Positions 29,768 through 44,400 of a stretch of DNA of 64,000 nucleotides are shown one piece after another (position 1 is the stretch's first letter; every line of letters begins with the position of its first letter). Both the position numbers and the translations under genes were made by a program. The stretch lies in assembly GCF_009914755.1 (NCBI RefSeq), contig NC_060936.1, one strand, 5' to 3'. This DNA comes from the human T2T-CHM13v2.0 reference genome, Homo sapiens. The notes under the pieces were generated by a model. The model searched no databases. It worked only from the letters and a program-made list of their open reading frames with translations, and had not been told where the DNA came from.

Positions 29768-30422
29768 CTAAATACACTGTGCTTGCAATATTTACTTACA
29801 CTTTTACCTTCAAGAGGCTAATTTTTCAATACTGGTCCCTATTAATAATTTTTGTTGTTGTTGTTTTTCTTTTTCTTTTTTTTCCCACCCTTCCAGCTCT
29901 TTTGATTGCTACTCTTGCTGCTGCTACTGTGTTGCTATTGCAACACTGCCTTGTTTTCCTGATTGCACACTCATGTGTGACATGACCTTATGTTGGATAT
30001 AGGTTCCCTGAAACTCCCATGTCCCTGTTTTGTTTCCACAAACGTCTTCAAGGCTAATTCCTTTCCCTCTGAACCACCTGCCCTTTAACATTAGCCTTAA
30101 TCCTCTTGGTCCTCTAGAACACCATGCTTAGCCATATCCCCACATGGTTCATGAGGATATTGGTCATTTCATTCTTTCTGGTCTTGCTAATAAGTCTGGC
30201 TACCCTAGCTCCAATATTAACTTGCCATCCGCTAATAGACCAGCTCACAATATCCCTAATCCTGTCCCGCACTGTATTCCTACAGTATCTCCATCTCAAA
30301 CATCAAAGGCTTACTGAAATTACAGATAAGCCTCAAAGCCCTGTTTAAGTACTTTAACTTCCTCCTAATCAATACTAATCTTCCTCAATACCCCCAATAC
30401 AAAAATTGCAGTGTGTATTTAC

Positions 30423-30501
30423 CAAGTTCCTAATTTTCTTAGTCCATTATCAAATAATCAACATTGATTATAAACTTTCAATAATTGATGAAATAATTGT
30501 T
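30423..30501 (-). pseudogene. Pseudo-exon, 79 bp
   Basis: ttcttcctttag...ttg|gtaaat; NNYFINY*KFIINVDYLIMD*EN*EL; phase 0-1. Confidence 0.55.
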
Positions 30502-30594
30502 CTAAAGGAAGAAATTATAAACACATTCTCTATACATTATACATTTTTTTATAGTTTTGTGTGAGCCTCAAGTAAAAGAACCATATTGAGTTAC

Positions 30595-30699
30595 ACATAA
30601 AGGAAATTTTTTTAAGTGCTACATCAAGCTTGAAGCTGCTAAAACAATTATCACAACAAATAAATGTCATTGTTTTCTTTGACTATTGAATACAAGTCT
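30595..30699 (-). pseudogene. Pseudo-exon, 105 bp
   Basis: ttttttatccctgcaag...|gtaact; DLYSIVKENND / LFVVIIVLAASSLM*HLKKFPLC (frameshift). Confidence 0.55.
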
Positions 30700-30802
30700 C
30701 TTGCAGGGATAAAAAAGATCCTCATGGTTTATATTTAGATATTTCATTGTTGTTCAAGGTTCAGTTTTTATTGTAAGCAAAATAGCATACAAGTAAATTT
30801 AC

Positions 30803-30905
30803 CAAAGCAAAATGTTTCTTGAAAAATATATGCAGCCCACCATTTATAATTATGTCTTTTCTAAAAGTTTGTTTGCAACATGATTATTGAGAACTTCATT
30901 TTTTT
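30803..30905 (-). pseudogene. 3' half of pseudo-exon split by L1MA
   Basis: Continues in frame NEVLNNHVANKLLEK, then after a 1-bp shift DIIINVGCIYFSRNILL; donor gtaaat. Confidence 0.45.
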
Positions 30906-32343
30906 CAAAATTTTAAAATTTATTTTTAATTTTTAAGGATAGATAATAGTTGTGAATATTTATGAGGTACATGTAATATTTTGATACATGCATTCAATGT
31001 GAAATCAAATCTGGGTAATTGGAATATCCATCACTTTAAAAATTTATTATTTCTTTGTGTCAGGATTATTCTAAATCTCCTCTAGCTATTTTGAAATAAA
31101 CAATAAATTATTGTTAACTATAGTTACCATATTGTGCTTTTGAACATTAGATGCTATTCTTTCTATCTACAAACCTCTCTTCATCCTATCCCACTACCCT
31201 TCCCAGCCTCTAGTAACCACCATTCTACTACCGCCATGAGAACACATTTTTCAGCCTCAACATGTGAGTGAGAACATGAAATATTTCTCTTTTTGTGACT
31301 GGCTTAATGTGGAAGACATAATGTCTTCCACGTCCACCTATGCTGTTGCAAATGACAGGATTATATTCTCTTTTAAGTCTGGATAATGTTCCATTATGTA
31401 TATATACCACATTTTTTATCCATCTATTTGTTGATGTACACTTAGGTTAATTGTATATTTTGACTATTGTGAATAGTGTTCCAATGAACATGGGAATGAA
31501 GTCTATTCAATATACTGATTTCCTTTCTTTTGGATAGATACCCAGTAGTGGAATTGCTGAATCACATGGTAGCTCTATTTTTAGGTCTTTGAGAAACCTC
31601 CATACTACTTTCCATGGTGGCTCTGCTAATTACATTCCCACCAACAGTATATGAGTGTTCCCTTTTCTCTGCAAACTTGCCAGAATCACTTATTTTTTTT
31701 CTTTTTGGTAACAGCCATTCTAAGATGAGGTGATATCTCATTGTGCATTTGATTTGCATTTTCCTAATGATTAGTGATATTGAGTATTTTTTTCATATAC
31801 CAGTTGACCCTTTGTATGTCTTCTTTTGAGAGATGTCTATTCAGATCTTCTGACCATTTTAAAATCAGATTGTTTTATGGTATTCAGTTGTTTGTGTTCC
31901 TTAAACATTCTGGTTCTCAATCCCTTGTCAGATAAATAGTGTGCTAATATTTTCACCCATTCTCTAGGTTTTCTCTTCACTTTGTTGATTCTTTCCTTTT
32001 GCTCTGCAAAAGCTTTTTAGCTGAATGTGATCCCATTCATCAATTTTTGCTTTAGTTACCTGTGCTTTTGAGGCCTTACTCAAGAAATCTTTGCCTAGTC
32101 CAATGTCCTGGAGTATTTTCCCAATGTTTTCTTCCAGTAATTTTATAGTTTCGATATTACATTTAAGTTTTTAATCCATTTGCTCTGTTTTTTTTTATAT
32201 ATGGTGAGAGACAACAGTCTAGTTTCATTCTTCTGCATATGGATATCCAGTTTTCCCAGCACCATTCATTGAAGAAGGTATCCTTTCCACAGTGTACATT
32301 CTTGGCACCTTCATCAAAAATGAGTTGGCTGCAAATGCATGGT

Positions 32344-35300
32344 TGTATTAGTCAGAGTTCTCTAGAGGGACAGAACTAATAGGATGCATGTATATATGAA
32401 GCGGAGTTTATTAAGAATATTGACTCACACGATCACAAAGTGAAGTCCCACAATAGACTGTCCTCAAGCTGAGGAGCAAGGAAGCCAGTCGAAGTCCCAA
32501 AACCTCAAAAGTAGGGAAGCCAACAGTGCGGCCTTCAGTCTGTGGCCAAAGGCCTGAGAACCCCTGGCAAACCACTGGTCTAAGTCCAAGAGTCCAAAAG
32601 CTGAAGAACTTGTAGTCTGACGTCTGAGGGCAGAAAGCATCCAGCATGGAAGAAAGATGGAGACTGAAAGACTCAGCAAGTGTGCTCTTTTCACCTCCTT
32701 CTGCCTGCTTTATTCTAGCCACACCCAGAGCTAATTAGACGGTACCAACGCAGATAGAGGGTGAGTCTGCCTCTCCCAGTCCACTGACTCAAATGTTAAT
32801 CTCCTTTGGCAACACCCTACCAGACACACCCAGGAACAATACCTTGCATTCTTCAATCCAGTCAAGTTGACGCTCAATATAAACCATCACAAGCCCACCC
32901 CTTGTCAACATGAACACAGGCACATGTCCTGAAATCATGCATAATCTTCAAATAAAGACAATGATAAGATCATAATTACACTGAACATAATACAGCTATT
33001 CTTCATACAACTGGAAGCACATTAACCTTTAACCTAAATGCTATTACATAAAGTTAACAACACTTAAATGCTGATATGAAATCAATAAATCTTATATAAT
33101 AAAGGAAAAAGAAAGGAAATAAATGAAGATATTTTCTTAGTACTAGTGTATACATGCACAGAAATATTCTTAACAAAATAAGGAAGAAATATTTATGACA
33201 ACTACAGTCCTCCTTTCTGCAGCTGGTCATGTGCTCATAGCTGGTATTGCTGACTACCTTCTTCTACTACCCATTTCATATTCCCTTTACCTTCTGCAAG
33301 CACCTCAGTGGGTTGTGGTATTTTACCTGGTGGCGTGACTTAAGCCTTCATTCCTGAAGGGTCTGGGCCACTTGTAGTCCTGCCTGGACTGGGTCGTTGT
33401 AGTTTCCCATTGACCTTAATCACAGGGCATGGTAATACTAAGAGCTGCCCTGTGGGATCTCCTGTATTCCATATATACTCTTCCTTACCTCCATTGTGGA
33501 GTAGTAGACTAAAATCATGTGGATAGTCCAGGTCAATCACCCCAGCAAACACTGTAACTTCCTTCTTCGCCTGTTGCCTTAGAGGTAGGAGGAGTCCAAA
33601 GTGGCCAGGTGAGAATCTAAACTCCCAGTTTAATGGAATCATTGTTGTGTCTCCTGGTGGCAGCATTTCTCCCTCTGGAACTAAGACCTCTAGGCCAGCA
33701 GAATGTATGTTGTGGGAACATGAAGCAAAAATTTTCCTAGTGGGTCACTAGGGGTGATGGTGAGAGGTGCCACTTCCACTTCCACCCCTTGATTCCTTGA
33801 CCCATGAATCCTGGCTATGGGAGAAACAGTACCATATATAATCAACCTGCCACCAAGTAGCAGGGTGATCACCCCAAGGAATGGTGCCATATCAAGGGCT
33901 CAATGATGGTCTCTGCTGTAGCAAATTGCACATTCACGGTCACTGTAGCCAGGTCATCCTTGGTGAGTGGAAGTCCACGTGGCTGAGCCCATGCATAACC
34001 TTCATGCCTGCCACCATGACCACTTTGTTCATGGGCCCAATGTGTGATGACAAGGGTGGCTGGAGAAAGAGGTTCAGCGGTGAATGAGACATCCTATCTA
34101 CTTGATTACTGGAATCCTTCCCTGCTGAGGTCACCCTTTGGTGAATATTTACATGAAATACAAATACCTTCAGTTTTTGACCACTCAGAGAGGTCCATTT
34201 ACATACCTCTTCCCCCAATATTTTGTCACAAATTTTCCAATCATGCTTCTTCCAAGATTCTGAACATTCAGCCAAACCATTCGGTTCAGCCCACAAATCA
34301 GTATATAATTGCAGATCTGGCCATTTCTCCTTACAAACAAAGTGCACAACCAGGTACACTGCTTGAAGTTCTGCCCACTGGGAAGATTTTCCTTTGAGAC
34401 TGTCCTTAGGGGATGTCCTAGAAGGGGGTTGTAGTGCTGCAGCTGTCCACTTTTGGGTGGTGCCTGCATATCATGCAGAACCATCTGTAAACCGGGCCCT
34501 AGTCTTCTCTTCCTCTGTCAGCTGATCATAGGGATCTCCCCAGGAGGCCACTGTTGCAGGCTAGGGGAGAGAAGGCAGGGTGACAGGAGTGGAGACCATG
34601 GGCATTTGAGCCACTTTTTCATATAACTTACTTGTGCCTTCAGGGCCTGCTCAAGCCTAATCATGTATCTACCACTTCCGTTTAATGATGAAATGCTGCT
34701 GTGCCTGCTCTTTATTGGTAGATGGGTTAGAAAGCACTGAGTTCATGATAGGCAGTTCAGTGTGACATCTTGTGAAAGGGAAAAGTGATCAATATCTTTG
34801 CAAACAAGATTATGACACAAAGCCAGAGAGTTGATATACCCCTGAGGTAGGACAGTGAAGGTATATTGCTGGCCTTGCCAACTGATGGCAAATTGCTTCT
34901 GGTGGGCCTTATGGACAGGAATGGAGAAAAGCTATTTGCCAAATCAATGCTGCATACCAGGTACCAGAGATATGTTAATTTGTTCAAGCAATGAAACCAC
35001 ATCTGGTACAGCAGCTGCAACTGGAGTCACCACTTGGTGAAGTTTACAACAGTCCATTGTCATTCTCCAAGATTGATCTGTCTTCTGCACAGACCAAATA
35101 AGAGAGTTGAATGGGGATGTGGTGGGAATCACCACCCCTACATCTTTCAAGTTTTTGGTGATGGCACTAATCTCTGCAATCCCTGCAGGGATGCAATATT
35201 GGTTTTGATTTATGATTTTCTAGTTAGAGGCTGCTCTTATGGCTTCCATTTGGCCTTTCCCACCATAATAGTCCTAACCCTACTGGTAAGGGAGCCAATG

Positions 35301-38009
35301 TGGGGATTCTGCCAGCTGCTAACTGGCAGCTATTTCAATTATGCATTCTGGCACTGGGGAAATGACCACAGGATGAGTCCAGGAACCCATCAGACCCCCT
35401 GTAAGTTGGATCTGAGCTAAATCTTCATTAATTACCTGACTGCCATAAGCCCCTAATCTAACTGGAGGACCACAGTGGCATTTTTGGTGCCCTAGAATGA
35501 ATGTCAGCTCAGAGCCAGTGTCCAGTAGTCCCCAAAGGTATGGTCATTCCCCCTTTCCCAATGCACAGTTTCCCTGGTAAATGGCCACGGGTCTCCTTGG
35601 GGAAGGATGGGAGAAAGATCAACAGTATAAATTGTCAGTAGTGTAGTGAGGTCCTTTCTCAAGGGAACACAGTCTTCCCTTCATTCAAGGGGTTCTGGGC
35701 ATGTAAACAGGTTCAAGTCTGGGAATGGATTGAGGGCCCATGATTCTCTATTTTTGTAATTCAAATTAGTCTTTTGTCCACTTCACCTGGAAGTTTTCTG
35801 CTTATACAAATAAAGTAAGAATGCAGTAGGCTTTCTATCAATTTTACCTCTAGGAACACCATGATTAGTTAGCCAGTGTCAGAGCTCTACATGAGTCAGA
35901 CTTTTCTGATTGCTGCTTTGCCTTTGCCGTTCATCATGATAATTATGCCCATCTTGACTTTGATGGTTGAGTGCTGCCACTTGGCCCCTGCCACTTCAGG
36001 ATCCAATGATTCCCATTGGGTTTAAGTTTTCCAGTTGAGTGACTGTGGTTCCCACTGTAATATCTGGCATACAGAGAAGAGCAATCCAGAGGTCTACAAG
36101 GATGAAGGTGATGTCCTTACAAATCTATTTCACAAGGTGTTAGTGAAGGATATGTCTCTTGACCCTCCCAGTTGGATGAATAGGTCTAAAGTGACTAATC
36201 CACTCTGGCATTCCAATCTCCCTAAGCCTTTGGATCCTTTGCTCTACATTAAACCAAGGGAGATCAGGCATTTACAATTCACTCACAGTGGGCCATCTTT
36301 TGATCCACGTTTCAGCTAACCAAGCAAATAAATTATTAGAAGCTTTTAAACTCCCTGAGCTGCAACATTAAATACAGAATCCCCAATTAGTGTGCCCAAA
36401 TCAATAAATTCAGCCTGATCCAACTTTATGTTCCTTCCACTATTATCCATTCTCATACCATACATTTTGCCCAGATTTCTGCTTATATAAATTAGAAAAC
36501 TCAAGCCGTTCTTTTGGAGTATAGCACAGATCCTCATGGGTCACAGTATGATCTTCACCTCTAGGGGCCTGCTGGGACTTGAATCTAGTTATAGGACTAG
36601 AAGCAAACAGGGGTGTTCAGGATGTGTCCTAAGGAGAATCAGCATTTTTTTTTGGCCTGGCAACTGCGTCAGGGGGAGCCATCACTGTTACCTCAGGCAG
36701 TGCATGATTGATCTCCTCACACAAAGGTGGAAAGGCTGAAAGCAGCTTGGGTGGAGAAGGGGATGTTGCCACCACTGGGGTTGGGGAGATTGCTTCCTCT
36801 GGCAAAAAAGGCTCATCAGAGTTTACAAGCTCAGTGCCCCCAGCCTCATCAGGGTCCTTCCACACATCCCCATTCCAAGTTGCAGGATCGCATTCTTTTC
36901 CAATCAATGCCCTCACCTCAACAGTAGACACCTGGTGAGGCTGGGTGTGCACCTTTCATTGCAGGTCAGCCACTCGCATGATAAGAGCTTGTGTCTGATT
37001 GTCAGCAATTTTAGGCTTTTGTCTACAGGAGATAAGACACTCACTCAGGGCAATCTTAGAAGATTTGAGGCTCAGTATTTGCTTCTGCAGCCAGGAGTTA
37101 GAATCTCTGAGCTCATTCTTTTCCTTCATCACTTTGTCCAGTGAACTCAGGAGCCACCAACCAACTTCATTATATTCCTTGGTTCTCCACATATGGTTGA
37201 AGTTGTTATGTATAGAGTCACTAAACTCCTTGCCACTCAAGGGCAGTGAATCAGGAGTATGAAATGCATTTGTTTTGCATAACTCTCTAAATAGTTCATG
37301 CCAAAGACTATCAGTGTCCTCCATACTATTAGGAGTAGAGTCCTTAGCATTTTGGGGTCTAATCAGATTAAGTGGTCAACTCCAGAAACCCCAAAACCAA
37401 CTAAAGAAATTCTTTCTTAAAATTTTGTTCCTCTAGAACCACTCTTGGTACCAAAATCTGTATTAGTCACTGTTCTCTAGAGGGATAAAACTAATAGGAT
37501 AGATGTATATAAGAAGGGGAGTTTATTAAAGAGTACTGACTCGCATGATCACAAGGTGAAGTCCTACAATAGGCCATCTGCAGGCTGAGGAGCAAGGAAC
37601 CCAGTCCAAGTACCACAACTTCAAAAGTAGGGAAGCCAACAGTGCAGCCTTCAGTCTGTGGACAAAGGCCCAAGAGCCCCTGGCAAACCACAGTAAGTCC
37701 AAGAGTCCAAAGGCCAAAGAACTTGGAGTCTGATGTTCAAGGACAGGAAGCACCCAGTATGGGAGAACGATGAAGGTCAGAAGACAGAGCAAGTGCAAGT
37801 CTGCTTATTCCACCTTTTCTTCCATGCTTTTTCTAGCCCTGCTGGCAGCTGATTGGATGATGCCCACCCAGATTGAGGATGGGTCTGCCTACCTCTGTCC
37901 ACTGACTCAAGTGTTAATCTCCTTTGGCAACACCCTCACAGACACACCTGGGAATAATACTTTGCATCCTTCAATCCAGTCGAGTTGACACTCAGTATTA
38001 ACCATCACA
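32344..38009 (-). mobile_element. HERVL provirus with both MLT2A-type LTRs (37459-38009, 32344-32891), internally deleted
   Basis: Matching LTRs, TSD atggt (32339-32343/38010-38014); RT (SPFNSLIW), RNase H (YTD) and dUTPase-like (GVIDLDY) fragments. Confidence 0.93.
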
Positions 38010-38450
38010 ATGGTTTTCTTTTTCAGTTCTCTATTATGATTCACTGGTCTGTCTGTTTTTCTACCAGAATTCATGCTGTTTCAGTTACTATAACTTAGTA
38101 GTAAATATTGAAGTCAGATAATATGATGCCTCTAGCTTTGTTCTTTTTGCTCAGGGTTGTTCGGACTATTTGGGATCTTTTGTGGTTTCATAAAAATTTT
38201 AGGATTGTTTTTCCATTTCTGTGAAGAATGTCATTGGTATTTTGATAGGAATTGCATTAAATCCGTAGATATCTTTGGGTCATATGGACATTTTAACAAT
38301 ATTAATTCTTCCAATTCATGAACATGAGATGACTTTCCATTTGCTTGTATCTTCAATTTTTTTCATCAGTGTTCTATAGTTTTCACTGTAAAGATCCTTC
38401 ATTTCTTTGGTTAAGTTTATTCCTAGGTATTTTATTTTTTGTAACTATTG

Positions 38451-41400
38451 TGATAGTGCCAGGAGGCAGACAAATGCCTAGGCAGATAGAGGTGTGTCCC
38501 AGGTGAAACCCCACCTTCAAGCCAAAACAGCCTGAAGCCTGAAAGACCAGACTGCTGGTTCCAAATGAAAGATGTGACCTGGAGTGAGAACATCTATTGC
38601 TATTTGCCTGCCGTTTCTTGATTGGTTCTTTCTGAATAGTGCTTTTTACCCAATCAAATGTTGCCTTTTCCAATAGTATCTGTGGCCTGCCCCTCCCCCA
38701 TCATGTGCCTATAAAAACCCAACTTAGTCACACTTGGGGAGACAATCCAACTTTGGGTGAGAGACCACCTTCCTATCCCCTCTCTGCTGAGAGCTGTTTA
38801 GTTGATCAATAAAATTCTCTGCCTTTTTCACCCTTCAATTGTCAGCACAACCTCATTCTTTTTGGACACAGGACAAAAACTTGGGATCCACTGAACACAG
38901 ATACTCAGAAGGCTGTAAACGCTGTGACCCTCTGCCTCACATGATGGGAAGCAGCGGTGGGGTTGAGCTAGTCCCAGACCTGCGGGCAGGCTGGAGCAAA
39001 GCAAGGGGCTGACAGAGCTGTTAACACCTCACCGTCCATTGGGGTGCAGACAGCAGAACTAAAAGTGCTAATTAGCACATTGTAACAACCCTTCTGGGGC
39101 TTGAGGATCATGGGCACCCCTGCCAGGGCATCATCACCTTTCCCTGAGCACGACGCACCTGGTCCAGCCGCAAGCGTGCACAAAGTCCACTTCCACGCTG
39201 GTGTTTGGAACAGTCGGCCAGGCCCCACACTCACTTGCCCACACATCCCCTCATACCAGGGGCTGAGCACGCAGCCACAGCAACTATGGGCTAAGCCCAT
39301 GCACAAGCCAGGTGCGGCCTATGTGGGCCAAGTAAGTGGGCCACCTCAGGCAGGTAGTGTGGCTGAGTGAGGTCCAGGCAGGGGTGTCACTGGCCAGAGG
39401 TCCCTGGCTGGCAAAGTGACTGAGAAAAATGCCTCATTTCTGGGGGCTTGTCACTTACCCTCATTGTCTGAGGGTAAGTGAATGCAGATTTATGACTCTT
39501 CACTTTTTTCAAGGCTTCTTGCCCTCAGATTTTTCTGAAAGTAGATGAAGCACTGAATATCTGATTAGCCAGTCAAGAGTGGATGGTGCAGCTACAGAGC
39601 ACACGACACTGGAGAAGACCCTGTCATTCCTTCCCATGTTCCTCTCGGGGGTTGGGAATGTTGGTTCTGTTCCAATCCAGTCTTCCTTGGTATTTCCTTC
39701 TTTCTTTTGGGGATGAACAGTGGGGCTGTAATGGCACCCATCTCTTGAGGCTGTTATGACATCTATCTCCTCTTTTATAATGTTAACGGTGTTGTTGCAA
39801 ACTACAGAGATATTACTGGATGGAATGGGCACTTGGACCAGTCATCAAAAATGTAATTCAGAACAATGCAGTTTCCATCTATTCTTAGAAGCAGGGAGGA
39901 GGCAGCGATTAAGAAGTGTTTTATTTTTGTTTTTTTCTTCCTGTTGAAGGAACCCATTTGCATAAGAGCAAGAGGCTTTTTCCCACAGACACCTTCCCCT
40001 CCCTGCACTTAAGCTGTTTATTTTCTTTCTTTCTTTTTTTTCACTATGTCAGGAGTTAACACAGTCCTGTGAATACAGAGAGCTTCTCTATGAGAGAGGA
40101 TTTTTCCTTTTGGGAGGCATCTTACTAGGCCAGGTCCCCAGTTCTCAGGATACCCTTCTCTCCCTTGTTTGAGGAGGACCTAGTTCCACAGATTCACCCT
40201 AGCACTCTGCTTATGATAGAGAAGTAATGGAGGAACAGCCCCAACTGCCCCCACTGGTCACTGACTGCAGTTTCGTGGGGGCCAACTGGGACTTAATTTA
40301 ATGAGTCTATGCACCATTCTGAGGCACATTTTTATCCCAAACTTGATTCCAAGCTTCAGGTTGAAGCCCTAGAAATGAAAACTGGATCTGAGGGATCCAG
40401 AGGCAGATGACAATGGAAGTCAAGGGGTGCAGTGCTGGTGAGCATGGCTAATTACTGCCCATTAGCACCCCCCTCCCTGATTCATGAATGGAGGTCATGC
40501 CCCTACCTATGGCATAGATGAGGTCTAGGGAACTCTAAGGTTACCGACAGCAGGGAGGGTACACCAATGCATAGGTGAGTGCAGATATTCCTACACTCTA
40601 GGCCTCCCTGTTACATGGATGAAGGCTGCATTGGCATCCATAAGAAGCATCTGCTAAGGTCACTGTGACTCAGGGATATAAGGACAGAAGAAAAAATGGG
40701 ATGCCTTTTTTTCTGTCCCTCACATACTCTGGGTATTTGCTGGGAAGAGAAAGGAATTAAGGAACACTTTTACCCCTATTTCCAGTTGGGTAACCAACAA
40801 TCTTCAGTCTGTACTTCTCTTGAATGCATCCCGAATCACTGGGACTCCTTTGGGAAAAAACAAAAAGCTTTCTTTTTCCTGTTACCTCCTCTCTGTCCTC
40901 CCTTTGCAGATGGGTAATCACATCTCTGTACCACAGGAAACTCCCCTTGGATGCATCCCCCAAACTGGGAAAAGTTTAATTTCCCCCAACCTTAAACTGC
41001 TTGGCTTAAAATTAAACTCGGAAGAAATTACAAATCTAATTGAGCAAATCACTTGAGGAGAAACAACTTTTACAGTATACAAATAATTTCTTTGTCTGCT
41101 CTCCCTTCACAGGACTCCAGGGTCAATAGAGCTCTATAGCTTGGGGGAAAACCAAGAAGCTAGCATGGGTAAAAATTTTTAACAACCAGGCTTCTGTCCT
41201 CTCTCTCTCTCTGTGTAAACCGTTTGAATTAATGGTAAAAACCACTGTTTATATCCTCTGTAAAGTTTTGATTAACGGAAAAAATAATTTGAGTGGCTAG
41301 TCTTAAGATGTAGTGAATCTGGTGTGCTTTGTGTGTCTTTCGGTATGGTTCTGTCATAAGGGGGATTACCTTAAAATAGAACATAGGCCTAGGACCCCAT

Positions 41401-44400
41401 AAGCCCACTGTTTGAGCCAGACCAGCAAACTGGTCAGTTACAAACTTTGCTACAGGTCTCTGAAGAAAAGAAAACTGGATGAGGTCTCCATCTTGTTTTA
41501 TGTCCTTGGGAGCCTGACCTTGTAACCATGTGGCAGTACTTTCTTTTGGTCTCTGCCATTTTACAGTGGTGGCCTGGGTTCAGTCCTGGCTTAGGGAATG
41601 AGTACTTCCTGGTTAATATATGTGTAAATTTTATGATTTGTTGATTCTTTTCCCTTCCATGAACAACTTCTAGCTTCCTTTCTTAAATATTCCTTTCTCT
41701 GAGCTACCTTTGAAGATTCTAGATTTTGTAATAACTGCTTACTACTGCTTTGAAAATATCTTGTACACTCATGGTTAAGTCATAACCTTAGTTGAGGCTT
41801 GTTGGTTTCACCTGTGAGGTTACTTTTGGTAAAGTTCAAAAGCCAGAAATATTGGCCACTTGGCATGGCTAAAGTTGGGTAATAATGGATTTAAAAGGAT
41901 TTTTTAAAAGAGCATTCTGATTAAAAGTCAGCTTAATTAAAATTGGATATCCAAGTTATAGGTATATTTAAAAGGCCTTTATGTCATTTATCTTCTTGGA
42001 TATTGTTTTACTGGAAAAAAATGTTTTTTTCTTCTCAGTCAACTAAAGTATTTTTCTCCATTTGTTTTGCCACTCTTAATGTGTGCATGAGAGGCCCTAA
42101 GGTAACTTCTGATAGCCTGGGACTGCTTGGGCAAAACAGAGAAGGTGCCATGGACCCCATTTTGGAACCCCAAGAATTAAGATATATCCCTCTCAAAATC
42201 TTTTTTTGTCTTCCAGCTATACCTGCTTAGTAGGCTCTAGCCCTGTTTCTTGAAGGGCTCCACCCTGAGGGAAGTAATCCAATTAGGAGGTTGGTAAATG
42301 AAAAAGCTTACAAATCACCGAATCTTCTTCTGTTTGTTATATGTGTTATGTGTGTAATTTTATATTAAAAAAAGAGCTCCAGTTGATTGGCTTGAAGAAA
42401 ATAGAAGCCCTTAGACCAAATATTTTTAAAGAAAGAATAAAAGTTGTAATGACTTTTATTTCATGTCACTTTAATCTTTGAGAAATAAAAAGTTTTAAAG
42501 ATTATTGGTAAAATACAAATGTCTTCAAAATGTAAATATGTGGTCTAAGTTATGCAGGTCAGATTGTAAGTTTGCTAAATGGTTCAAGGTCATAAACTGA
42601 TTTTTTGGCTTTTGAAAATCATTTGACTTGTCTGCTTTACAGTTTTGTAAGGCATAGGGACATATGGAATTAACCACACACCTAAGTATGTTGGAAAGAG
42701 TCAGACCTTATCTATGCCTAGTACATAATAAAAATAACTTACCAAGTTTTACATTAAGATTAAAAATTGCTAACAGTCACCATCATAACACATAATTGAG
42801 CCTACTCAAAATAGATTTACATGCAAAGGGCTTAAAGAATGTAAAATGTGTTTTTAGTAAACATTATAAGAAGGCATGGGAATGTAAGTTTTTGCCTAGT
42901 TTAAAGGGTTAGAGGAATGTTTTAAATTAGATAAAATAAAACTAAAGGTTTAAACAAGTTGTGGAATGTTTACAAAACTTAATCTTGTAAAAGAAATTCT
43001 GGCATAAACATATTGGCTAAATTCACAAGGGTATTATCTGGTTTTTCCACTAATTGAATATTGAAATAAAAGCATGACAAGGTTTTCTTAAGGCACTTAT
43101 CTGCTCTTTACAAAAATTTGTAAGGGGACTATGAGAATCCCACTTTATGGTCAAATTGATTAAGATTGGATGGATTTGTCTATAAGGTTTCATTAAAAAA
43201 TAAAATATTGGCATTGATATTAGTAGTGGACTAATACAAGGGTGAAATTTGCTCTCTCTCAAACAAGATTTTCATGCAATATTAGAGGATAATGAAAGAC
43301 TTTTATTTGCCTTGCAAATAAACTACCAAAAAAAGAAGGGAAAGACAAGAGACAGATTGTTTCGAAAGCTATGTCTTCCCTCTTAATGAGTAAAGGATTT
43401 TGCCTTTTTTAAAAAAAATTTAGTCATCACTTTGGCTAAATACATGACTCATGATAACCTGGAATTCTATTTCATAGTATCAAGTGTTTTAAATCTTTAG
43501 CTTCCTGAAATCAAACTTCAGCTTCGAGGTTGTTTTTCTGATCCCTAAATTTTGAATGCTACAGAGGGGCCCTGGGCATCCAAAAGAGAGGTAAACATGA
43601 TTATTTGACATGTTTAGTTACATGGGATTGCCAAAACAAAAATAATGTTTAACTTTCTTTGGGTTATACTTTAGTGAATAATACTAATATGTGTTCCAAA
43701 ATTGTGTGAGATTTCTAAAATTCTAATGTCTGAGTATGTTACATTATTGTAAACCACAGAAATAACCAAATTTCTCTGTCAATCATGTTTTTGACTGTGA
43801 CTAGTTGAAGACATTTTGTAATTCACAGACAATGGTTGTCTTGTTTTGATTCTTTTCAAAAGCTGGCTTATAATCAGCTATAGGAATTTGACAGGTGCTC
43901 TCAAATGCTGATTGTTTGTTTTTCAGTCAGGAAAACATCTTATTTTGAGCTATTTACAGCTTTTAACAATTGAGGAAGGTATACTCCTGTGAACAAAATT
44001 TGGAGCATATTTGTTTCTCTCTTCTTGGTTTCTCCAGAATTTGGAAACTATTTATGAGTTTTCTTAACTTATGGCAATATAGTTATTGCAAAAGTGCAAT
44101 AAGAATCCATTTTCTTTTGCAACAGGATGCAGTTGGAGAAACCACTTGTTTTACCAAGACTTTGACTAGAAGGAAGTGTTTCCCTTTAAGGAATTAAGTT
44201 TGACTTGCAGAGCCAATAAAAACCGATTGGGAAAACTGGCCTCATATCTTGTCTACACAGTCTCCTACAGGGTTCCTAACCTGTGGTGAGTAAAGAATGT
44301 CACATTCTAATAGGGCCAGGAGCCTAAGTTATCTTGGGTCCTCAGGAAGAGAGAAATTTGTCCAACTCATAGGTATTTGAGGGTACAAACCCATGGCTGG

